Source: Zootoca vivipara
Taxonomy: Eukaryota
Length of the DNA: 64,000 bases
NCBI RefSeq assembly: GCF_963506605.1
Contig: NC_083286.1
Span: 35,588,001-35,652,000 of the forward strand
Direction: 5' to 3'
This document shows positions 49,984-63,434 of this stretch, piece by piece; the first letter of the stretch is position 1; each line of letters begins with the position of its first letter. A model generated the notes under the pieces. That model searched no databases. It had not been told where the DNA came from and was given only the letters and a program-made list of their open reading frames with translations. Position numbers and translations under genes: made by a program.

Positions 49984-50442
49984 ATTTATATGTGTGGATG
50001 AAAGTTTGGTCTCCTGTTGGCAATGAAAAACTGAACAGTATTTGCCTTACAGAACTTCCAAACTGCTGGATCCTTCCATCTTTCCTGTGGGATGGAAAAA
50101 CCAAAAGCAGCTGGGCTGATACTTGCGCTAAACAAATAATCAGGCTTCTGCTTCTGTAGACAAGTTAGTTGGTTTTAAAGGGAACTTTCAGTGTAAATGC
50201 TGGTAGCCACTGCTAGTTCCCAGGTTTATTGTTATGGTCTTATGTAATCACTAATCTTCAGTAATAATTAAAAGGTTTGCGTTTTGGGGGTCACAGTCCT
50301 TCATGAGATAAGTCTTGCAACACATGTAGCAGTTTGTAGAGTCGACAGATGATTTGGTTATATGTTTGCCAAACCTATCTGTTGCCAATCTCTCTCAAGG
50401 CCCTATTGTAGCACCTTAAAGACCAACTAAGTTTATATTTTG

Positions 50443-50480
50443 GTATGAGCTTTCGTGTGCATGCACACTTCTTCAGATAC
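50443..50480 (-). ncRNA. Minimal hammerhead ribozyme motif (antisense to PAR2), intact
   Basis: Reverse complement GTAT-CTGAAGA-A-GTGTGCATGCACAC-GAA-AGCT-C-ATAC. Confidence 0.78.
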
Positions 50481-50997
50481 ACTAGAAACAGAAGTGTCAG
50501 ACCCTATATATATACAGAGGGTGGGTGGGGGTGGGTGGGAATGGGTGGTGGGCTGATGGGAGTGGTAAACCTGGACAAACAGGCCAAACCCTACGCCAAA
50601 GGATAAATGGACATAAATCTGACATCAGGAACCATAAGACTGAAAAACCAGTAGGAGAACACTTCAATCTCCCAGGACATTCTATACAAGATCTCAAAGC
50701 AGCTGTTTTATTACAGAGAAATTTCAGGAACAGACTGGAAAGAGAAGTTGCTGAATTGGAAATCATTACCAAGCTTAAAACCATGGAAGCACCTGGGATG
50801 AATAGAGACATCAGATTCTTATCTCATTATGCATGATCAAGCTCTCTTTAGCACCTCAGCCCAGGACTAATTGCAGCCATCAGCAGCCATTAACAGCCAT
50901 CTCCAGGTTTACCACTCCCATCAGCCCACCACCCATTCCCACCCACCCCCACCACCCTCTGTATATATATATAGGGTCTGACACTTCTGTTTCTAGT

Positions 50998-51035
50998 GTA
51001 TCTGAAGAAGTGTGCATGCACACGAAAACTCATAC
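50998..51035 (+). ncRNA. Minimal hammerhead ribozyme motif (sense to PAR2), AGCT changed to AACT
   Basis: GTAT-CTGAAGA-A-GTGTGCATGCACAC-GAA-AACT-C-ATAC. Confidence 0.7.
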
Positions 51036-51386
51036 CAAAATATAAACTTAGTTGGTCTTTAAGGTGCTACTGAAGGAATTTTTTTATTTTGCTTCGACTC
51101 AGACCAACACGGCTACCTACCTGTAACAAGGCCCTATTGTATTACTGATGTCCAAGTGAGTATTGTTTGCACTGAGATATATACTGTATATATATAGATA
51201 TATATCTAAGGTTTTTTATATATATATAATTTATAGACAATTCTTTATATTTTAAATATGCTGTGAATATGCAATGAGACCAATAATGTAGTCTCAGTGT
51301 AGCATGCAATTATGTGCTTTTTTCAGAAATGTACTTTGCAGTAATTTTGTTTCCATATTTTAAACTTTTTATAAAGTAGTACTTTT

Positions 51387-51392
51387 AATAAA
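51387..51392 (+). terminator. Candidate F2RL1 polyadenylation signal
   Basis: AATAAA ending an AT-rich UTR-like tract, T/GT-rich downstream. Confidence 0.55.
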
Positions 51393-52038
51393 CTCCAATT
51401 TTTGTCTATTATGTTTAAGGTATTAATATTGTCTCAAACAGCATTAAAGCAGGGGTGGGGAACCTCATACCATGGAGCCCAAATGCAGCCCTCCAGACCT
51501 CTCTGGACTCTTCCCAAGCTGCACCCCTGCAACTTGCTCTGCCCACGAACTGAGCCAAGGTAGGATGCCTTGTGATATTTGTATGCTCTGCTCACAGGTA
51601 ACAAACTGACCTTTTTGTTCAGCAAGTTCTTAAATGTGGATTTATATGGGGCTAAGGGATCCACCTGCAATAAATTTGCAGATTTTTAAAAGGACTTATT
51701 GGCCACATTTGCACATAATGCTAAGCCAAACAGGCTGCCTTCTGCAAAGGTGATTGCAGCCACTTCGTTCCTCCCTGATCCTTTAGCTCTGCATAATGCA
51801 GCAGCTAAGCTCTGCCTGTTATAAAAACCAGGAGTTGTGCTTAATTTTTTCTAAGCATGATCTGTAGCCAAGGTTTTTTCTCGGGTACAGATCATGGTTA
51901 AGGAGGACTGCAGTGACTAGAATGCATGACACACACTAAGCCAAACCTGAGCTAAAAGAATTTGTCAGGAACAAAGTGAGTGTGAGCTTTGCATGAACTA
52001 ATACGTTTGCACAGTCCTGCTAAGCCATAGTTTGGTTC

Positions 52039-52340
52039 AATGAGGCCCTTCTTCATGTGCCTCCTCCATGAGAGGTTCAAAAGGTGACAACACAAAAAAG
52101 GGCCTTTTCTGCAGTGGCTCCCCATTTGTGGAATGCTCTCCCCAGGGAAGTTCAACTGGCAGCTTCATTATACAACTTTAGGCGCCAGGAAAAAACATTC
52201 CTTCAACCAGGCCTTTGGCCGATTAACATCAATACCCTTTTAAATGGGTTTATGGGAGTTATTAGTTTGTTTTTGTTCTTATTATGTATTTTGTGTTTTT
52301 TATCTTGCATTTTTATGTTGTGAACCTCCCTGAAATCTAC
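52039..52340 (+). mobile_element. L2-type LINE 3' end
   Basis: RAFSAVAPHLWNALP motif followed by T-rich 3' region. Confidence 0.65.
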
Positions 52341-52344
52341 AGAT

Positions 52345-52496
52345 NNNNNNNNNNNNNNNNNNNNNNNNNNNNNNNNNNNNNNNNNNNNNNNNNNNNNNNN
52401 NNNNNNNNNNNNNNNNNNNNNNNNNNNNNNNNNNNNNNNNNNNNNNNNNNNNNNNNNNNNNNNNNNNNNNNNNNNNNNNNNNNNNNNNNNNNNNNN
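52345..52496. other. Assembly gap (N run)
   Basis: Run of N. Confidence 0.99.
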
Positions 52497-54376
52497 ACTG
52501 TGTGTCTGAGCCATAAAACAAGAATTTGGTTGGTGCTGTGTTTTGCTTGCTTCTGCTAATAATTACAATCCCTAGCTTTTCCTTTAACTCCCAAAGTATG
52601 CCACAAGAAACGAAAGGCCATTTACTTAGGAAGCTTCCTGTTTTACCAGCTAGTGTTCTGGTTTTGTCTCCTCTGAGTCAGCTGCGGGGGAAGACTGGTC
52701 AGTGTTGCCATGTTTCTGACTCAGAAGTAACTGAATCATCATAAGGTCACTGTAGAAAGACCCACCCTCACAGGTGGCTGCTGGCTTCATTTTGGCACAA
52801 CCGGCTACTACTGGGCTGTTCTCCTAGAAGAGAATCATGTTCTGAATGACGATGATTCATGAAGAAAAACTGGAAAGAGTGGGTTCCTCCAGTTCTAACT
52901 TTCTTAATAGCTGGGGTACAAGAATGAATCGTGCTTCCAATTCAGTGCAGTACCTAAGCAGTTCAGAAAACACTATAAAAAAGAGTTGCAGAAAGTGTTG
53001 TGTGTCATCACACCCTGAATGGAAAAATTAATAGCTGGTGCATCGAAATAAAGGACCATCTAGCTCAGCATTTTCTTTCCCCTAGCAGCCCAGCCACACA
53101 TCTCCAGAAAGCCCGCAAGTGGGGCATGAAGACAATAGCCCTCTTCTATTCTGGTTGCTGCTACCAGCAGTTGGCCCTCAGAGCATATAGCTACCATGAT
53201 TTGCAGCCACTTGTCCTCCGTGATTTTTTTTTTAAAAAATGAACCTGAGTTCTCCTGTGTTATAATGTATGCTCAACCGCTGACCTATGGACGTGCCAAT
53301 TTAGTGGGCTGAAATATAAAGTCGGACGTGACCTTGGGGGTACACCAGTTGAAGCCTTTGCTCAGTGGAGGACCTGCAACTGCAGCTTCCCTTATAGATA
53401 ATGGTCCAACCTCTCCTGAAATGACTTCAGTGAAGGAGAGCCCACCATCTCCCTGTGTAGTCAGTCCCACTCCTGGGCCACATTCAAATCATGCATTTAA
53501 AGCACTATTGATACCACTCTGAACAGTCATGACCCGTCCCCTCCACAAAAAGGAGAAAAGAATTCTGGGAGCTGTAGTTTGTTAAGGGTTCTGAGAGTTC
53601 TTGGGAGACTCCTGTTCCTTTCACAGAGCCACAGTTCCCTGAGTTCCCTGTAAAGAGGTAGGGAGTGATAAACCACTCTGGGAACTATAGCTGTGGGAGG
53701 GGAATAAGGGTTGCCTGACACCCCTCAGCACCTTTAACAAACATATATATAATAAAGGGCTAATTGGAGTTTCTGGTATGCCAGCCTGAATGAGTGCTCT
53801 GGTCTACTGTATGTAGAAACAAATTGGACTCTGGCACTTGTGAGCCAGAGTGAGCCACTGCAAAGTTCATGATCCTGGGTAATACTGTATATCATTTTCA
53901 TTCCATAATCTCATGTTTTTGGATCAAGCAAGTGCTCTTGTGTGTCCAAATCGTGTTATGTAAGGAATAACAAAGCGCTTGGGGAGTTGCCTTCCCAGAG
54001 GAAGCAAAGGGAGGAATCTGAAATACACAAATGAAGCAGGTCCTGTATTCATACCTAATCAAGGCAAGAATGTTGCAGAACAAGATTATTACTGTTTCTT
54101 GTTCCAGGTTTCATGCCCTTAGGGTTAATATACCCAATCTACAGGACCATGCTTTGTGTGAATAATAAACTTGATTATGATAATTATAATGGTGATAATA
54201 CATTTCTTGGACCTGCCCAGGGTGACGAGCAACCATCAGAAAAATACAACCTGATGACCAAAATTTTCCTGATGCAGCACATATAAAAGACATTAAGGTG
54301 TCACTCCCGGTGGATGTCAGTTTCCCAAGACTCACTTCCATAAAGCAGCATGCTCAACACACAAGCCTGGTAGACC

Positions 54377-54825
54377 CAGGGGCGTTGCTAGCTGCTTTGG
54401 CACCCGGGGTGTCAAAGCGGAGGCACCCCCGGGGGCAGGGTGCCGCTCCGCAGCGCCGTGATGTCACAATGCGCGGGCGTGATGCCCCTCGCTGGCACTC
54501 CCCTTGCCTCCGTCCAGGGAGAGAGCGCGTTGGCTGAGCAAGCCCTGCAGCACCTAGCGAGGTTTTCGCTGGCCGGCTGCCGGGACCGGCTTGCTCCCTC
54601 GGCCGACGCGTGCTCTCCCTGGACGGAGGCGAGGGGCAGGCCAGTGAGGGGCATCACGCCACCCACAAGCATGATGCCACTTCGCGTGCCTTTTGGGGCA
54701 GGGCGTGCCGCGCGCAGGGGTGGGGCGCTTGTTTTGGGGGCGAGGTGGGCAGCCGTGATGGCACCCCTGGGATCGTGCTGCTTGGGGCGGCCCGCCCCCA
54801 CCGCCCCTATCTTCCTACGCCCCTG
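54377..54825. mobile_element. GC-rich non-autonomous hAT-like element
   Basis: TIR CAGGGGCGT/ACGCCCCTG, perfect 8-bp TSD GGTAGACC, internal inverted repeat. Confidence 0.85.
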
Positions 54826-55690
54826 GGTAGACCTTAATCTTGGTGTCGGACATTAGCATCACATTCTCCCATACCCTTTTTGAGAGGCCAGCCATTGGCA
54901 TTCTTGCCTTGCCAATATGCTTGTCCAGCTCAACATCACTGGAAAGGTTGCTGGTTATGGTGGAGCTCAGGTAGACAAGATAAACACATTATTCCTTCTT
55001 TTAAATTATTTAAATATGTACAATATACTGAAGAAAATCACTGAAAGATATGGGGCAGACAGGGCTGGCCCAAGGCATTTTTGCAACTGAGGTGAACAAC
55101 AAAATGGCCAAAACAAAACACAACAGAAAACTTGCTAGGGAAGAAGGGCTGAGTGAAAATCTACATCAGGAACAAGGGTAAATAAAGATTGTAATGTTTT
55201 ATTATGTTTCTATATATGTTGTAAGATGCCCAGAGTGGCTGGGGCAACCCAGTCAGATGGGTGGGGTACAAATAATAAAATAATAAAAATAATTATTATT
55301 TATCTATATCTAGAAATGCCCTAGGCATTTGCTTCACCTTGCCTCATGGGTGGGCCAGCCCTGGGGAGAGGATTCAGGAGGACTAGAAATGAGCAGCAGG
55401 AGGAGCAAAAAGGAAATGAAGCAGGAAGGTGTGAGTACTCCATAATCCCAAAACCATGATATGCCAAATGCACACCACAAGGGACAGGGAAATGTAGTTG
55501 TTTTAGAAAAAAAATTCAGACTACTATCAGCTATGCCAAAAGCAGGTTTTAACTCCAGGGAAACACATGTATCGCCTAGACAGAAGAAATAATATGCGGT
55601 ATGTGGTTCACAGCTCCAAAATGCAGGAACAAATTACTAGCCGAATTTTGAGATGGTGCAAGTAAGCCCTCATACATTAGAACAGATATA

Positions 55691-55935
55691 CAGTGGTACC
55701 TCTACTTACGAATGTTTCTACTTACGAATGTTTCTACTTACGAATGGAGCTCCGTCCGCCATCTTGGATGCGGTTTAGATAGGATATTTTCTACTCATGA
55801 ATTTTTAGATAGGGTTGCTTCGACTTACGAATTTTTTTCTCCCAATGCATTCCTATGGGATTCGACTTACTTTTTTTTTTCGACTTACAAATGTGTGTTC
55901 GGAACGCATTAAATTCGTAAGTAGAGGTACCACTG
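55691..55935. mobile_element. Tigger/pogo-type MITE
   Basis: TA TSD, TIR CAGTGGTACCTCTACTTACGAAT. Confidence 0.85.
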
Positions 55936-56082
55936 TAGTGTATTCTATATGTCATAAGAGCTCCCTCTTCTGGTTATAGCTCATATTAAAGGTCATTTTT
56001 AAAAGGTATTCCAATCCTTAGCTAATTTAAAAATTTAGGCAAATATCTTTCTTAGATTTAAATATTGTTTTTTAGTTCTCAA

Positions 56083-56176
56083 AACAAAATAAAAAAATTC
56101 CTTCCAGTAGCACCTTAGAGTCCAACTAAGTTGGTCATTGGTATGAGCTTTCGTATGCATGCACACTTCTTCAGAT
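56083..56176 (-). mobile_element. Penelope-like pLTR fragment with hammerhead core but truncated stem I
   Basis: Matches the reverse complement of the 51002-51092 terminus. Confidence 0.75.
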
Positions 56177-57732
56177 GTTTTTAGTTCTCAGGATATGATG
56201 ATTCTCACTACACCTGAGCTATGAGCATGTGTCCTTGGGATCCCTTTCACCCATCCCTCTTTGTTGAGATGTGAGCTGCGATTTGTTCACAGCTGCGTTG
56301 TGCCCTTTGCTGGCGCCCAAGGCTCACGCACACACATACACCAGGCAGGACCAGAGGATGAGCTTGAAGGCTGAACAAAACCCACTGCGCCAGGCCAACC
56401 CTCCCTGCCACAGGCACAGAGCACGGACAGCTCACGGGGCCACGCTTTGCCACCTGCCTGCCTGCCCATGAAGTGGGGAGCCAGGTCGGCCGGCCAACAG
56501 ATACAGCCCTTGGCGGATGCATCCCCCCAATGCTGGCTGGGCAGCCATTCAGCGAGGGGGCCAGGGGTGCAGCAACAAGGCCAGGCTGGGCTCCGGGGCC
56601 CAAAGACTCCCAGGGGCAGGCAGGATGGGGATCCCTGTGTGAGGCACCTGGCTCGCGCCCCCTCAAAATCATGCACTCGGGGCCCCGGCCCCCCATGCTA
56701 TGCCCCTGCTTGTTCAGCCCTTAGCTAGAACTCCTGCTTATCTCCTCTTCTTCTTCTTCTTCCTCCTTTCCTTTCAAAGGAATTCTGCTTGCTGGGTTCT
56801 GACCAGCTCTTGCTTCCCACTGACTCCTGACTTCTGGCCTAGGCAGAGTAGACTACAACTCTGATCACCACTGACCATTGGCCATGATAGTTGGGGTTGG
56901 CTGGAGGGGGTGTTCAAGGACATCTGGAGGGCACGGAAACAGATAAGAGATAAGAACAAAGCAAGGACCTGCTGGACCAGACCAACAGCCCATCCAACAT
57001 CCTGCTCTCACATCTGGCTCTCTGGTTTTACGTGGTATTTTTGTTTGACTAATACTGTTTGTTTTATATTGTACATGGCTTGGAGATTTTTAAACTATTA
57101 AGCAGCTTATCAATGGTTTTGAATGAATGAATGGATCCCATTTCGGGCTGGTATAAGCATAAAACAGAGATAGGGAACCTGCAACCAACCAGATGTCATT
57201 GGTCTGCAACTCCCAACATCCTTTACTATTGGCCAGGCTGGCTAAGCCTGATGGGAGTTGGAGTACTGTGGCCTCTGGAGGGCCGCAGGCCTAAAACAAA
57301 TTCAAAACAAATCAAGATAATACATTTTGCTTGTGTCCCTAAACTAGGTCCGTGAACCTTCACTTTCAAATGTCAAAAGTTCCCACTGCTTGAGGCACAG
57401 TTTGACTACCCATGGTCAAACTAGAACTTGAATCAAAATCTCCTTTAAAAGTGCTAAAATATAGCTGGACAGAAAGCAAGGCCAAAAACCTATAACAGCA
57501 TGTTTCATAGGAACTTATTTTGTTGCTGATCCGTACCTGGCTTCCTGTTGTTGTTGCTGCTGCTCCTCATTTGCAACTGGGGCTGGCCCTACCATTAAAG
57601 TGAGGCAGCTGCCTCAGATGGCACAGGAGTGGAGAGTGGCAACAAGGCTTCAAAGGACAGAGGCCCCCTGTATTGATGTATTGATTGATTCATTCATTCA
57701 TTCATTTATATCCCACCTGGCAGAGGTATACA

Positions 57733-58126
57733 TAGAGGCGTAGCAAGTCCAGGTGGTACCCGGTGCGGGGTTGTTGTTTTTTTGTCAACCGCCCCCCCCA
57801 CACACACACACTGCTTTGCCAGGGCGCTGGCAAAGCTGCGCCCTCTTGGGAGCCACAGCTCCCGTCCGCCCCCCTCCCTCCCTCCTCAGCTCACTGTAAA
57901 GTGGCAAAGTGGGAGCTGCTTTTGGCGAGCCGGGGAGGGAGGGAGACTTGGAGGGCCAGGATCCTCTGCTCGCGGCTGCAGCCACGAACGGAGGATCCTC
58001 TACATGGGGCTGTGGCAGCACGATGGCTGCTCGCTCCGCCATGGCAGGGCGCCGCCTTGTCACCCCTGGAGACATGCCACCGGGATTGCACAGCCTCCAC
58101 TGCCCCCCCCCATTGTGACGCCACTG
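57733..58126. mobile_element. GC-rich hAT-like element
   Basis: Imperfect TIRs, near-TSD GGTATACA/GGTATACG. Confidence 0.65.
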
Positions 58127-59269
58127 GGTATACGTACCTAGGGTCCCTTGTGCCCTTGGCAAAGAGTTCTGCTGAGGCACTCAGAGGAGCCTGTGCACTT
58201 CACTCATTCGCCTAGAGCAGGGGTCGCCAACTCCCAAGAGACTGCAATCTACTCACAGAGTTAAAAACTGGCAGGTCAAAGTTGTTGAGCTATTTTTAGG
58301 AAGGAGGAAGACCTGTATTTTAGGGGTTTAGGGCTAAAATGTTGAGCTTTCTTTAGGTGAGCAGTGGAGGAGCCGCCTGGGGGGCGAAGGGGCGGGCTTC
58401 TAGCCACTCCAAGCCAGAGTGGAGAGGCACAATTTTTGCACCTGCTGCGCCTGTGCTTTTGCAAGGACCAACCTGGCAAACGCCTAGGTACACATCTGCT
58501 GCCAGGGATGGTCACAAGTAACCAAGGTAGCTCACATCCACTCCTCCAAACTGGATATAGAGTTGGGAGGTGTGTGCATGTGGCCCCACTGAGTACTACA
58601 AACATGAGGTTCTTTGGGAGTGTTGAGGCAGCTGGTGATCAAGGTTATTCTTCTTGCTGTCCCAAATAAGTTGCAGGGATCAGAGGTGCACAAAGCTTAA
58701 CTATTATTTCCCATGATATTTTTTTGTTGATTTTGCTATCCTCACAGCTTAGAGGAATTAGCTAGTTGTTTAAGGGTTTTTTTAGGTAGGTAGATTCCAC
58801 TACTATGTGTTTGCTTCTATAGCAAGATACGGTAGCACTGTGCCAGTTAAATCTAAAGTAATCAGCACATAACTCCATTTCAGCACACAAGGGGGAGCCA
58901 CACTCCAAATAAAATTTCGACTTATAATGCACAATTTTCCCCCCACAAACAATTACATCTAAACCCTGGAATAGAAGTGTGCATTGGCTCTGTTTGCTCC
59001 CTGAATTAAGAGATGAACTTTGGTGATTCAGGTAAGGTGCTCCTGCTTCCTAGTTGGATTGCATCGTTCACAAGGCATCTCAATATGTCTCATAGTTATT
59101 GAGTGGCTCTGTGGTCTGGCTGTCCCTAACATAAACCTGCTAGTTCCACCGACTCTTAAGAAATGAAACCAGGCTTACTGGGGAAATGCTCATAGCCAAA
59201 AATCTGTGCCAGGGGGCAGAACCCCAACCACAAGCACCCTTGCGTAACAGGGGGTGACATTCCCCATTA

Positions 59270-59509
59270 CAGTGGTACCTCTAGTTACGAACTTAATTCG
59301 TTCCGGAGGTCCATTCTTAACCTGAAACTGTTCTTAACTAGAGGTGTGCTTTCGCTAATGGGGCCTCTTGCTGCCGCTGCGCTACCGGCACACGATTTCC
59401 GTTCTCATCCTGGGGCAAAGTTCTCAACTCGAGGTAACTCTTCCAGGTTAGCGGAGTTTGTAACCTGAAGCATTTGTAACCTGAGCATTTGTAACTTGAG
59501 GTACCACTG
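59270..59509. mobile_element. Tigger/pogo-type MITE
   Basis: TA TSD and TIR CAGTGGTACCTC; same family as the L1-interrupted copy. Confidence 0.85.
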
Positions 59510-60420
59510 TATTTCCTCGGGACCCATGCTCTTTTTTCCACCTCCACCCACCCCCTCAATGCAAAACATCTTGCTTCGTGTGAAGCAACCCTTGACACAC
59601 CCAAAAACGTAGCACAGGTAGGAAAGAACTTATACCTCCCAGAGCAACCTCATTACCTCCTTAGGGAGGACGACTTCATGTTTTCTGAATCATAGCCCTA
59701 TGTGCCAATTAGTAGAAATACAATTTGCTGTATTTATTTCTTAGTAGGGATTGAGAAGAAATTCGATTCAGATCACATGTAAAAGTTGAATCTATCGAAT
59801 TAGCATTTTTCAAAGCAATATGGGAACTGACACACAGCCATCTTTTGGAATTTTGTGATGCAGTTCTCCAACTAAATAAAGTTTACAAAAATGCACATAT
59901 TAGGTAAAAGTGTGCATAAATATGAATATATTCTTGAAGATGAGATATAAAAAGGCATTATGTTAAGAAAAACTACTTGCAAAAATGTGTACACAAAAAA
60001 AATGTGTGTGTTAGAAATTTGTACTCAAATGCCAAAGTTATTTTGTGAGGATTAGAAAAAAAATCAAATTGCTGTAGAAATGTGAAGAGCCAAATTTTAG
60101 ATTGGAAAAAAATGAGAAATTGGGAAATCAAAATTGATGGACCCTTCCGCTCCTACTTCTACTGAAGCAGTAAGTTGCAAAGAGCATATTCAGTAGAGTG
60201 ATTGCTTTTGCTACAGTGTTTTCTAAGTGAATTTTCCTGCCATTCTTTCATGAAGAGGGCTATCTATTAGTGGCACCACCTGTGCTTTGAACGCCTTTGC
60301 ATCTCCAGTACTCTTTTGAATTTGAAAATTATATGCTGAAGGTTCGGTTTTAATTTCTGAACTGTGACAATCCAGTCTCACACTGCACTGAACTTAGATC
60401 AATACCATATATGAAATCAG

Positions 60421-60505
60421 AATAAAAAAATCCTTCCAGTAGCACCTTAGAGACCAACTACCGTAAGTTTGTCATAGGTATGAGCTTTCGTGTGCATGCA
60501 CACTT
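60421..60505 (-). mobile_element. Penelope-like pLTR fragment (hammerhead core truncated)
   Basis: GTAGCACCTTAGAGACCAACTA...GGTATGAGCTTTCGTGTGCATGCACACTT. Confidence 0.7.
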
Positions 60506-61585
60506 AATCGGAGGCAGCCTTCCTTCACCTGGTGCCCTCCAAATGTTTTGGTCTACAACTCCCTTCGTCCTCAGTTTGGATTGGCTGTGCTGGCTCACTG
60601 GGACTGTTGGGAGCTGTAGTCCAAAACACCCAAAGGGTACCAGTGTAATGATTGGGATGTTGGAGTAGCACTGGCAGGAGACTGAGGTTCAAACCCCCCA
60701 CTCGGTCATAAAGCTCACTGAATGACCTTGGACCAATCCCTATTTCTCAGCCTTCATTACCTCACAGGGTCATTGTAAGGATGAAATGGGGGAATAGGGG
60801 GTAGGAAATGTATACTTCCCTTAGCTCCTTAGGGGAAGGATGGGATATAAATGAAATAAATCATAAGGCAAAGCACTGCATCTTCTTGTTCTGTATTTGT
60901 GGTATTCCCAGTGGTTGGCTTCCTAGCAACTAATTGGATTTCCGTCCTCATTGTTTTAATGAAGTTGCTGCTTTTATACTTTTAGCTCCTTGCTGAATGC
61001 TCAGGGAAGCCAGCCAGCCTCAAGAAAGCCACCTGGGGAAAGATACCTACACCTGTTGACGCATAACAAGCAGTCACAAATAAAGTGAAACCCAGGAAGG
61101 GGGGAGGCATTTTATCATTGGTGATTTCCCTCTAGAAACCCCAGGGGAATTTGGTAAGCTAGGGTGGAACCCTCAGAATAGAGTTGACTACAGTCTGTAC
61201 CTGCTGGAGACAATACTTTATTGGGGACCACTTCAGAACAGGTAGGAAGAAATGCTTAAATTTTGCCTTGTTGGATGTATTTTGCTTCTTTGCCCTTTCA
61301 GGGAAAACGCGTGGCCGCTTAGAGATGACTGCACACCCAATGAGCTCAATACATTAGATTTTCTTCTTGGATTCATCTGTAAAAGGGCTCTCCTAAATTA
61401 GTGTTGTAAACAACAAGTTTGTGCAGCTGGTCAAATGACAAATATTTAGCCCCACAGAAGCTCTGAATCCTGTATATTGACTTTCTGGGCAACTGTGTTT
61501 ATCTCTGTGCATATACAGAAATGCTTACATTTTAAATGGTTCATGCAAAGTTGCCATAAGTCTTCCCTTTATCTCCCTTTGTAGT

Positions 61586-61726
61586 ATGCCAACACTGCTG
61601 GAAGGTGCGATGGACACCTTAATCAAGGTCTTTCACCATTACTCAGCCAAAGAGGGGGACAAATATAAACTCAATAAAGGAGAACTCAAACAGCTCCTCA
61701 CCAGTGAACTTACTGACTTCCTTTCG
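61586..61726 (+). CDS. S100Z: S100Z first coding exon (N-terminal pseudo-EF-hand); second coding exon not seen in window
   Basis: MPTLLEGAMDTLIKVFHHYSAKEGDKYKLNKGELKQLLTSELTDFLS; acceptor AG at 61583-61584, phase-0 donor GTAAG at 61727; synteny. Confidence 0.92.
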
Positions 61727-62550
61727 GTAAGACAGAGTCATGGTTAAATCTTTTTTTTCACTGTCTGCTTGCTGGACATGGGGAGGGGGAATAGCTACTG
61801 GAGGATCCTTGACAAGTATTTCATATGCCATTTGTTCACCCAGACATGCAATTAAGTCTTTTCTGCAACAGCAGCTGTACTGTGTGCAAAAATAGTTGCT
61901 TTTTTTTGCCACATCCAAGGAAATGTGCTTTGGTGACCAAGTACTTAGGACCCTTGATTATGTTGTTATTATTAGAAAGCTTCATCTAAATCGTCAGCTA
62001 TAATGTTAAGTTTTGATATGGATGTGAAAGTCTTTGGTTCAAATCCCAGTTAACTTATAAAAGTTGCTGGCTGGCTGCGGGAAAATCTCGTGCCATAGCT
62101 CTGCTGAATATCTTGCCTAGGCATTACAGCCAATATGGTAGAACTTGGTTTGTGCGTTGTGAGCTTCCCTGCCCCCACTGACATGGATCAGTGGTGGTGG
62201 ACAAACTTGGTACATGATGGCCACGGTTTATATGGTATAGACAAGTAATGGGATGGGAAAGGTAGGAGATGCACAATAGTCATGGTGACCCCCATAGCAA
62301 ATGTAATATCTAGATGAATGGGGAGCTGATTTTATTCATTCACTGGGGAAGAGGTGGTGTTCCTTTTCAAAGTAGAAAAACTGTGTTCCACAGAACACAG
62401 CTTCAGTATTGAATTAACGACACAAGTGCACACACTCAGCTGTTCTTATCAATTAAAGCAAAACTAATTCTCAGCTGCTATGGTTTTGCTTAAGAGTTCA
62501 ACAATATTTCAAGGGCCATGTTATTTAGAACAAACTACCTATCTAGTCTA

Positions 62551-62640
62551 CATAGCTGCCAAGTTTTCCCTTTTCTCACGAGGAAGCCTATTCAGCATAA
62601 GGGAAAATCCCTTTAAAAAAGGGATAACTTGGCAGCTATG
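62551..62640. mobile_element. 90-bp hAT-type MITE
   Basis: TIR CATAGCTGCCAAGTT, perfect 8-bp TSD CTAGTCTA. Confidence 0.85.
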
Positions 62641-63298
62641 CTAGTCTAAGAATCCGGAAGGCTCACAAAAGTGCTGCAGAAGTGAATCATCTGATTTGTT
62701 TTATTTATTTATTTTCTTTATTTTCTTTTTTTTACTGGCCAGTCTTCAGCTGCGGCTCTCATAGCAGCTTACAACAAAACCACAAAAATGCAATATAGAA
62801 AAGAATCCAGCGCAACATACAAATTAGCACAGAAAGCTTAAATGTCCTCTTTGACGTACAGAACAACTCCTCTGCCGCATCCTGCCCTTCCTATAGAGTT
62901 TGTATCCAAAGATAACCTCGTCCCACTGGCTTTCTCCACTTTTACCAGGCTTCTGTTATGCCCACAATAGCTATAACTCTTCTCTAAATCCAAGCATTCC
63001 AGTTCAGGCATCTTGGCCAGTGTATTAATTGTACTACATTGTTCAGAGGTAGTAAACCTCTGGTGTCAGAAAACTGCAAATAGCAAGGGGTGGTTGTACC
63101 TTATTCACTACACTAAAGATGGGACAGACGGAAGTTGGGTTGGGGTTGTGAGATAGAGCTTCTATTTTCTTCAATGGTCGTGATAGGTTCTCTTTGGGAA
63201 TGGTTTTTTTATTTTATTTGCCCCATTCCTTGGTATGTAATGCAATGGTTGAGAAGCATGCAAATAGGTCTGATACGAGGGTGGGGATTAGTGTAATG

Positions 63299-63434
63299 CA
63301 GGCATAGGCAAACTCGGCCCTCCAGATGTTTTGAGACTACAACTCCCATCATCCCTGACCACTGGTCCTGTTAGCTAGGGATGATGGGAATTGTAGTCCC
63401 AAAACATCTGGAGGGCCGAGTTTGCCTATGCCTG
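63299..63434. mobile_element. Palindromic hAT-type MITE
   Basis: TIR CAGGCATAGGCAAACTCGGCCCTCCAGATGTTTTG, 8-bp TSD GTGTAATG. Confidence 0.88.

Larger units (their letters stand above)
50411..51126 (+). mobile_element. Penelope-like element with 5' inverted pLTR in the probable F2RL1 3'UTR
   Basis: GQTGQTLRQRINGHKSDI...HFNLPGHS GIY-YIG C-terminus; 50408-50575 is an inverted copy of about 50902-51070; 15-bp TSD CAAGGCCCTATTGTA. Confidence 0.9.

Noticed and set aside
55710-55925. Repeated ACTTACGAAT motifs as a CRISPR-like array
   Set aside because: Subterminal repeats of a Tigger-type MITE in a vertebrate genome; no spacer structure.
60478-60505. Further functional hammerheads at 60478 and 56141
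   Set aside because: The first lacks the CUGA core; the second has a truncated stem I.
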